Assembly: GCA_036172245.1 (NCBI GenBank)
Contig: JAYWIR010000036.1
Span: forward strand, 124,001 to 188,000
Reading direction: 5' to 3'
Length of the DNA stretch: 64,000 nucleotides
DNA from: Raillietiella orientalis
Lineage: Eukaryota
The position numbers were made by a program, and so were the translations under genes. Below, in pieces: positions 57,518 through 64,000 of the stretch; position 1 is the first letter of the stretch; every line of letters starts with the position of its first letter. The notes beneath the pieces are model-generated. The model had not been told where the DNA came from and did not search any database. It worked only from the letters and a program-made list of their open reading frames with translations.

Positions 57518-60358
57518 CTGCTCTCTGGAATCAGCACCGCGCCCTCGGCGGAACCGCCCTCGGGACCTACCTGCTCGCACTGCATGCACACGGACAGCAG
57601 GGCGACGACGCCCAGCAGGCAGTTGCTGGCGGCCAGGCTGGCGGATATGACGGACCCTCTGCTCTGCAGGTGCAGCAAGGCCAGGACGACGGTCGCCACG
57701 AGGGCGCCGAGGAGCAGGCCCGCGCCGGCGATGTCCCACTGCGCCCGCTGCAGGTGCTGGTGCTCCTTGATGCCCGTCAGCACGTCGCTCTGGCTGCGCA
57801 CGAGATGCAGGCCCATGGCCAGGACGACGAAGGACGCCAGGATCAACGAGCCGGAAGGCCCCACGACGCTCAGCACGGACAGGCTGTGCGCAGGGAACCA
57901 GCAGAAGGCGCCGCCGCGGCCGTAGCTGCGCACGTCCACCATACACGACACGGCCACCACGACGGCCGCGCCCACGTACGCCAAGCAGCAGTACCAAATC
58001 ATGCGGGAGCCCTCCCGCGGGTAGCTCTCGGTCAGACCGAGGTACAGCTGGAAGCCTGCGAGGGATGAAGAGGAGGAGGGTAAAGCGGGGCTGAAGACGA
58101 AGCCCGGATACTTACAATCACAGAAGGCCCAAGCGAACACGGCGACCAAGAAGAAGTGCAGCATGATGGCCAGTGCCACGCAGAAGTGGACCGCACTCTG
58201 CGGGTGCAGCACCACCACGAGCAGCAGGACCAGTTGGGTGAGAAGCAGGCAGCAGCACAGGTGTGCCCTCACCTTCCGGGCTTCCCCCAGGGGTCTGTCC
58301 AGGACATTGGCGAGCAGCAGGGCCGCCGCCAGAAAGAGAGAAGCCACGACGCAGCTGGCCACCACCTCCTTGTGGAGCGCGGGGCGGGAGAGGAGCTCGG
58401 CCCGGGTCTTGTGGCACATCTTCAGGGCGAAGGTGGTGAGGTAGTCGCAGGTGCAGGTGGTGTGGGTGGAGTTGGTGACGAGCAGCTGGCAGCCCTCCCG
58501 CGACCACTTGCTGCGGAGGGACGGGCGCGGTCGGGCCACTACGCCCTCCCCAGCTCCCTACTCACTGAGTTACGAAGTCCCAGATCATGCATTCAGGATC
58601 GGTGAAGTTACGGACGTCCAGATGACCAAAGGTCAAGATGGCCGGCTGCGTGAGCTGGACGTGGCGGTTGCGGCCCGTCGAGACGGTGATCACGTGGCTG
58701 TTGATGACGCAGCCGCCGTCTTCCTGGAGGGCACGGGGGCTGAGCAGAGTCTCCAGGCGGTTGAAGGCAAACACGACGATGTGGACGAGGTCCTCCGGGT
58801 CCGGCCGCGTGCTCGATGCTGGGATCGTCGCGCGGAAGTCCGGAAGGTCGGGAAGGTGAAGAAGGTCAGCGCGGCTGGGCAGCACCAGGGGAGGCCTGCT
58901 GTTGTTCGCTCGGATGCACCCCACGATCATCGCTACGGTTCACAGAGCGCACGTGCCATCACTCATTCGCACAGGTGACCCCCCCCCCCTCAAGGCGAGG
59001 CACCTTACCCAGCTCGGGTTCCCGCTGCCCGAAGTGGATGTCGCTCCCGGCAGCCCTGGCGAACAGGAATCCGTTCTCCTCCAGCCCGGACAGGAAGAGC
59101 GTGGCCCACTTCCGCAGGGCCTCCGGGGGCAAGTCCGTCCATGGCGAGTCCACCGGAGGCTCGCGGGACAGGGACAATAGGTTTGACCCGACCTTGACCG
59201 AGGCTTGCACGAGCTCCCGGACGACTTCGAGGTCGACCGGCACCGAGGAGGTCCTCCGCAGGGCTAGGGGCAGCTGGTGCAGCAGGTGCGCGGCCGCGAT
59301 CAAATCGCCGCCGTATAGAGGTTTGCTGAGCACCACCTGCGCCAGCTCGACTGCCAGGGTCACCACCGGGTAGCCGCCCTCCAGGCGCGCTTCGAGGCTC
59401 GCGAGCAGCGCCGACTTGCACTCGCTGAGGTCCGGCGACGGGGAGCGCAGCTTCCCGGACACGCACGCCCACTTAGCGCGGCCGTTGGCGCCACCGGGGC
59501 ACTGCTGCACCTCTTCTTCTCCGGGCATGGCCCAGGCCCACATGACGCCGCGCATCAGCTCCGGAGGGCATGCGACGGCGCGATGCAGGTGGTGGTGGCG
59601 GTGACCCGCCGCAGGGTCGTCGTCATCGGCTACCAGCTCCCTCGCGGGTTTGCCATCCCAACCGAGGTCCGCGAACCCACCGTCGCCTGCAGGAGTTCCT
59701 CCGGGTCGGAGGAGGGGAGAAGTCGGTCGCGCCACCTCGGAGGCATCTTCGTCCGGAAAACGGGAGGCCGCGGTGGAGGCTGCCCCCTCGCTTGGGGTCG
59801 CCGCTGGTTCCTCGACGCCTTTTGAAACCGGCGCGGTTCTCCAGTCGGACAGCTGATTCATGGGGGGCCACGACGGTCGATCGTGCGACGTGGCTGGAAG
59901 GGGGAAGACGTGAAGGTCATGGATCCGTCCTGAGAGCGACGCCAACCCCCTACCCCAACCTCCTTTCAAAGCTCCACGCGCGCTTACCGTTGCACTTGTA
60001 CTGGATCTCCAAGTACTTGAACGTGTTCGGGCACGGATTCCCGAAAACCTCCGAGGTTGCCAGGACTTCGCAGACGCTCTTGGAGTCGCACCTGAAAAAT
60101 CACAACAGGAAGTGCAAGAAAGGAAAGAAGAAGGGGCTGTTGGCTCCCTCTTCCCCCTTCACGCCACTTACTTTTGCCGCAGGATGCCTAGCGTGTTGGT
60201 GGACATGCAATTCGTCTCCAGGTCCGTGTTCCCCTGGTCGTTGCAGATGGTGATGGAGAACCTTCCGTAGTTGGCGCGTTTCAGGGAGATGGTGCTCCCG
60301 CCGGAACACTGCAGGTGCAGTGTGCTGCCCTCGCAGGCGTACTCCGTGCTTCCCTCAT
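57110..60358 (-). CDS. Cirl: Latrophilin/Cirl-like adhesion GPCR (RBL/Gal-lectin, HRM, GAIN-GPS, 7TM); divergent, 5' end unresolved
   Basis: Exons 60358-60172, 60091-59988, 59893-59009, 58932-58566, 58510-58116, 58055-57571 and about 57517-57110, all GT-AG. Lectin YACEGSTLHLQC...RANYGRFSITICN...FGNPCPNTFKYLEIQYKC; HRM QQCPGGANGRAKWAC...PDLSEC; GAIN LYGGDL, WTDL, LEENGFL; GPS CMIWDF...WSREGC...THTTCTC; 7TM SYG...CW; tail EPVYEEID. Confidence 0.92.
57571..58055 (-). CDS. Cirl: Cirl-like exon, TM4-7
   Basis: tcgcag|GC, CAG|gtagg; FQLY...SYGRGGAFCW...LLLG...NCLLG. Confidence 0.88.
58116..58510 (-). CDS. Cirl: Cirl-like exon, GPS + TM1-3
   Basis: ccgcag|C, T|gtaagt; KWSREGCQLLVTNSTHTTCTCDYLTTFALKM...HFFLVAVFAW. 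Confidence 0.9.
58566..58932 (-). CDS. Cirl: Cirl-like exon, GAIN subdomain B
   Basis: ccgtag|CG, CA|gtgagt; VFAFNRLETLL...VINSHVITVS...TFGHL...PECMIWDF. Confidence 0.88.
59009..59893 (-). CDS. Cirl: Cirl-like exon, linker + HRM + GAIN subdomain A
   Basis: ttccag|CC, G|gtaag; 885 nt open. Confidence 0.88.
59988..60091 (-). CDS. Cirl: Cirl-like exon, RBL lectin C-half
   Basis: tttcag|G, G|gtaag; CDSKSVCEVLATSEVFGNPCPNTFKYLEIQYKCN. Confidence 0.9.
60172..60358 (-). CDS. Cirl: Cirl-like exon, RBL lectin N-half
   Basis: ctgcag|AT, AA|gtaagt; EYACEGSTLHLQCSGGSTISLKRANYGRFSITICN. Confidence 0.9.
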
Positions 60359-60419
60359 CTGCAGAGCAACAGCAATTGTGCATCAGGGCGTGCAAGCTTT
60401 TCCGGCTTCCGTCCCCCCC

Positions 60420-60462
60420 CAGCAGCAGCAGCAGCAGCAGCAGCGGCGGCGGCGGCGGCGGC
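60420..60462. repeat. Compound (CAG)n(CGG)n repeat
   Basis: Read directly. Confidence 0.9.
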
Positions 60463-61481
60463 GCCGGAAGAGGCAGGTCACCTCCGCTTGGCAAGACGCC
60501 TGCTCGGGGTGTTCGGGGGGCAGAGGAACAGGGCGGGGGCAGCCATAAACCGGAGGCATAAAGTCTCTCGAAAGCACCCGCGGACGACAACTGCACGATT
60601 ATTGCTGCGGGGCGGCGGGGAGAAGACCGTACTGCCTTAAATCAAGCACCGCATGGCGCCCGGGCATCAGCACCGTCGGGGTGAGGGACGCACGTTTCCA
60701 AGGCGAGCACCTCCCTTCCCATGGCAACAGCGACAACAATAAAACATGCCGTTAACCAGCAAGCGTCGAAGGCGCAAACCCTCATCATGCTCGCAGCTTC
60801 CCCCCTTTCCTTCCTCCTCCTTTTCCTTTTGCACGTCGCGAGGGGAGCAACCACCGGACCAAGGAAGGCGAATTTCGGAGGCAGTCCCGTTGCCACTGCC
60901 CTCTCTCCCCTCGATTGCCCGGAGTCGAAGCGGGCATCTGGACGGAAGAGCCACAATACGCAGCCCCCACAACAACAAGCTCCTTTCCCTTTGCGCGCCG
61001 TTTCCGCCGCGCAGGGGGAAAGAGCAGACAGCGGGAAGTCTCGGAACTCTTCCTGATGCCTTGGGGGGAATGGGGAGGAAAATTTTTTTAAAAAAATGTG
61101 GTAGAAACCCCCGCAGAGCAGAAGACATTCCTCCCGTCGCGTACTAAAAAATAGCGCGAAAAGACGCAAAAGAAGCAAAAAGCGGTTGCGGGCGCAGCTT
61201 GAACCGGACGATCGACTGATGGTACCCGCGCGGCCTTCGGCAGGAGGAGAAGGAGGGGAAGCTGCGCTTCTTGAGCGCAGAGAGCAGCAGCAGCAGCAGT
61301 TTCTTACGCGCGGCGCTGACTGCGCTCACGAACTCTCTCTCAGCTCCCTTTCGAAGAGTCCTCCTCTGAATGTCCGCGCGTTCCTCCCAGGCGCCTTTCA
61401 CCACAGTCCGAAAGTTATCCGTGCGCGCGCGCGTGTGAGCACAGGACCTGCGTCCTACCATCTGTGTATGCACATGAGACA

Positions 61482-61529
61482 GTGCGTGCGTGCGTGTGTG
61501 TGTGTGTGCGCGTGCGTGCGTGCGCGTGC
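61482..61529. repeat. (GTGC)n/(GT)n simple repeat
   Basis: Read directly. Confidence 0.85.
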
Positions 61530-61874
61530 TGCAGCTTCCTAATTAGCAATCGATAAAATGGCTCACAATGTTTGAAAATTTATCGAGTCGTCTCTCTCTG
61601 CCCTGCGCGCTCAATCCCGCGGCGTCTCCGGCCGGAATGATGGATTCGCGTGACAACATTTGCGGCCGAAACTTTCCTTGTTCTCTCCCATTACGACAAG
61701 CGTTTGGGCGATTAGACGAGTCGGACACGAATTAATTTCCGAGGATCGCCGGGAAGCAACGAGGAACCAAGTAAGACCCCGCGTTCAATCAATGGGGGGA
61801 AGAGGGGAGGGGAGGGACGCTCGCTACACCCCTACGGGATCCTCGCCTCGCGAAGAAACGCAAGATCTGTAACT

Positions 61875-62187
61875 TCGTTAGGGGCTGCGGTCACGCCCGA
61901 CAGCGACGAGTTCAGCTCTTCGTCGTCAAGGATGGCCAGCTGCCCGCTGACGTGGGATGATACGAGACTTTTGTTGTCACGTGCTGCGTTTCCAGCCAAT
62001 CCTACCACTTGGGGCCGCCAAATGCTCCACAACAGCCTCCAGAGATGCAGAAGCCCCAGCACCAACGGTCGGCCCCGCGCAGCAGCCGGTGGATACGGCC
62101 GACGGGAAACTGCTGCGAACCGGCGCGGCTGGAACGCGGTCTGGCCTCACCGGCTCTCACTCTTCCTCCTCCGCCTCTGGCTGACAT
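61875..62187 (-). pseudogene. His2A: Histone H2A pseudogene (frameshifted)
   Basis: MSARGGGGRV...RSSRAGSQQFPVGRIHRLLR in one frame, LAGNAARDNK...QLAILDDEELNSSLSGVT in another; both match canonical H2A with indels. Confidence 0.88.
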
Positions 62188-62599
62188 CGCGGTACTTCTT
62201 CACCACGAGCAACAAGATCAAATCGTCGACCGCACCAACGCGCAAGCGCTCACAATGCAGCACAAACGAACAGGAACCTGCCCAGCTGCCGCCGCTCCTC
62301 TTCCGGAGAAGTTTGCCACGAGCGGGGCAAAAGGCGATGACGGCAGCCATGTTCGGACGGGGGAGCAGCAAGCAGCCCCAACGTTTTTTAGTGCGACCCT
62401 GGGGAGACCGGGAATCGCAACGATCGACCGTTTTCGCTGGGAAAACCCGCTGATGCAAAACAAAGAAAAAAAATATCGCCAGGCCGCACGCTCAAAGTCA
62501 ACAGAGCAACTTCCTCGACTTCCTGTCAAACAGAGGATCCTGGCAACCGCACAGGATGTTGTTGCTAGCGCACCGACATCCTCGCGCCGAGACCGCGAA

Positions 62600-63570
62600 C
62601 CCTTCTTCTAGCCCGGGGATTTTCAACGTGACTGCCGCATCTGCGTGCAGGGCAGGCACCCTCCGAACCACCCCCAAAAGATGCACGCGCACGACGGGGC
62701 AATGAAAAATAATTCCCGCTAAGCTCCAGCATGTCTTGCAGCAAAAGGGGGTTGGAGAGGGAGGTCCCTTCGTTCGGCGGTGAGTCTGCTTTTCCCGCTG
62801 CGGGGAAAACTGAAGTTCTACCGCAAGGCACCGAGCACACAGAAGAAGAAGGAGGAGCAAATAAAAGGAATCGCTCGTGAGGACCGAAGCAGGTCAATGC
62901 GGGCTGCAACGAACCCTGCAGTTATCGACAAAACCTCGGAGCGAAGAATCACGATAACCCACATGCGAGCCATGAAATCGGTGGGGATAATTGCAGGACA
63001 CCTCGCACCGCACTCGGATGGAGAGAGCCCGTGAAAGAGTCGCCTTGTGGGAGGAACGTCGAAGCTCGGGCGAGGTTGCCAGCGCGAGTCGGCTTGGCCC
63101 CGCGGAGCGCGGCGCAGACCTGACCGGTCCGAACGACCCGCACGTCGAGGAGGGCAGAAGCAGCTCTTTTTTGTCCTCTTCACTCTGGGGCCTTTACGAA
63201 ACGGCTCGGTTGTCGGTCCTTCTATCGGCAAAGGGGTGAGGTGCGCTTTCACCCCAACGCATGCCGGCTGACGGTTCCCGCTGTGGGAAAGAGCTTTCTC
63301 CTGCGAAATGGACCCGCAGCAACCAACCAGCACTCTGAACTGCCTCGCCAAACACTTCCGGAAGAACAGGCTACCTGCTGCTCCTGGAGAACACCACTTC
63401 GCTGCGGCGTCTCCGCGTGCAAACTTCCCACGAAGTCGTGGTTCCGTCGTTTTCGAGCAACTCTGTTGCCGCTGTCGCTTTTATTGGAATGGGAAACCGA
63501 TACGCTAAACTTCTTCTGTATGACCCGCGTTAACGGCAAAACGTCAAAGCGCTTCCAGGGACCCAAAGAG
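62600..63570 (-). mobile_element. Decayed pogo/Tigger transposase (CENP-B HTH + DDE_1 remnants)
   Basis: QKKFSVSVS, ARQFRVLVGCCGSISQEKAL, MWVIVIL...RIDLL and SLAGII in the expected order. Confidence 0.45.
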
Positions 63571-64000
63571 ATGAGAACCCGTTTACGGCTATGGAAGCCA
63601 ATCGAACCCCCGAAATGGGGAAGAACGCGATTTCGCTTCGAGATCCGGCATTTTAAGTACAGCTCTGTGAAATGGGCAGTGCCGGCCCACTTTGAGAACT
63701 TGAAAATGAAACTTCAGGGCCCCATAGCGTGAATCAACGCGCTCCATTTCATGTCACTGCCCGCCGAGCAAAAATCAAATTGCGGCAAAACCGGCGGCGT
63801 TGCCAGCAGCGACCGAGCATATTCCCCGCGCCACAACGGACGGATGGGCAACCACCGGGACACGCGGGAGCGAAACGTCAAGAGCCTGGAAGAGCTGGAA
63901 GCAGGCTTGCAGGATCTCCTGAAATTAGGTCGGGAATTCCGCTATTTCGCGCCGCGTTCTCGGAGCGGCCAGGAGTTCACATTTTCAGCTTCAATTAATC

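Noticed and set aside
56882..58978. Long plus-strand ORFs (347, 254, 175 aa)
   Set aside because: Antisense shadows of GC-rich Cirl-like exons with no domain-like content.
62190..62600. Divergent H2B partner of the H2A
   Set aside because: No H2B-like peptide seen in the plus-strand frames.

Overview
Eukaryotic, GC-rich, intron-containing genomic DNA. The proteins point to an arthropod, possibly a chelicerate (inference). Two spliced minus-strand genes can be rebuilt by hand with GT-AG junctions and consistent phases. (1) A GDNF-family-receptor-like gene (Gfrl): 14 coding exons, 37065 to 19712, about 826 codons, signal-peptide exon not firmly located. (2) A compact, divergent latrophilin/Cirl-type adhesion GPCR: 7 coding exons, 60358 to 57110 (RBL lectin, HRM, GAIN/GPS, 7TM), whose GPS lacks the catalytic His. 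A frameshifted histone H2A pseudogene lies just upstream of it. The rest is mostly decayed transposons: a NeSL/Utopia-type RLE retrotransposon carrying an internal 18S rRNA-derived fragment, several L1/Tx1-like relics, hAT, MULE and pogo/Tigger relics, two copies of a TA-flanked MITE and two copies of a tRNA-like SINE. There is also a long inverted repeat at 47.3-48.1 kb. All family assignments come from recalled motif consensus, not database searches. Most ORFs in the supplied track are shadows of GC-rich DNA. I found no CRISPR or prokaryotic features and no convincing multi-gene novel system; the best leads are the 18S/retrotransposon chimera and the altered GPS.
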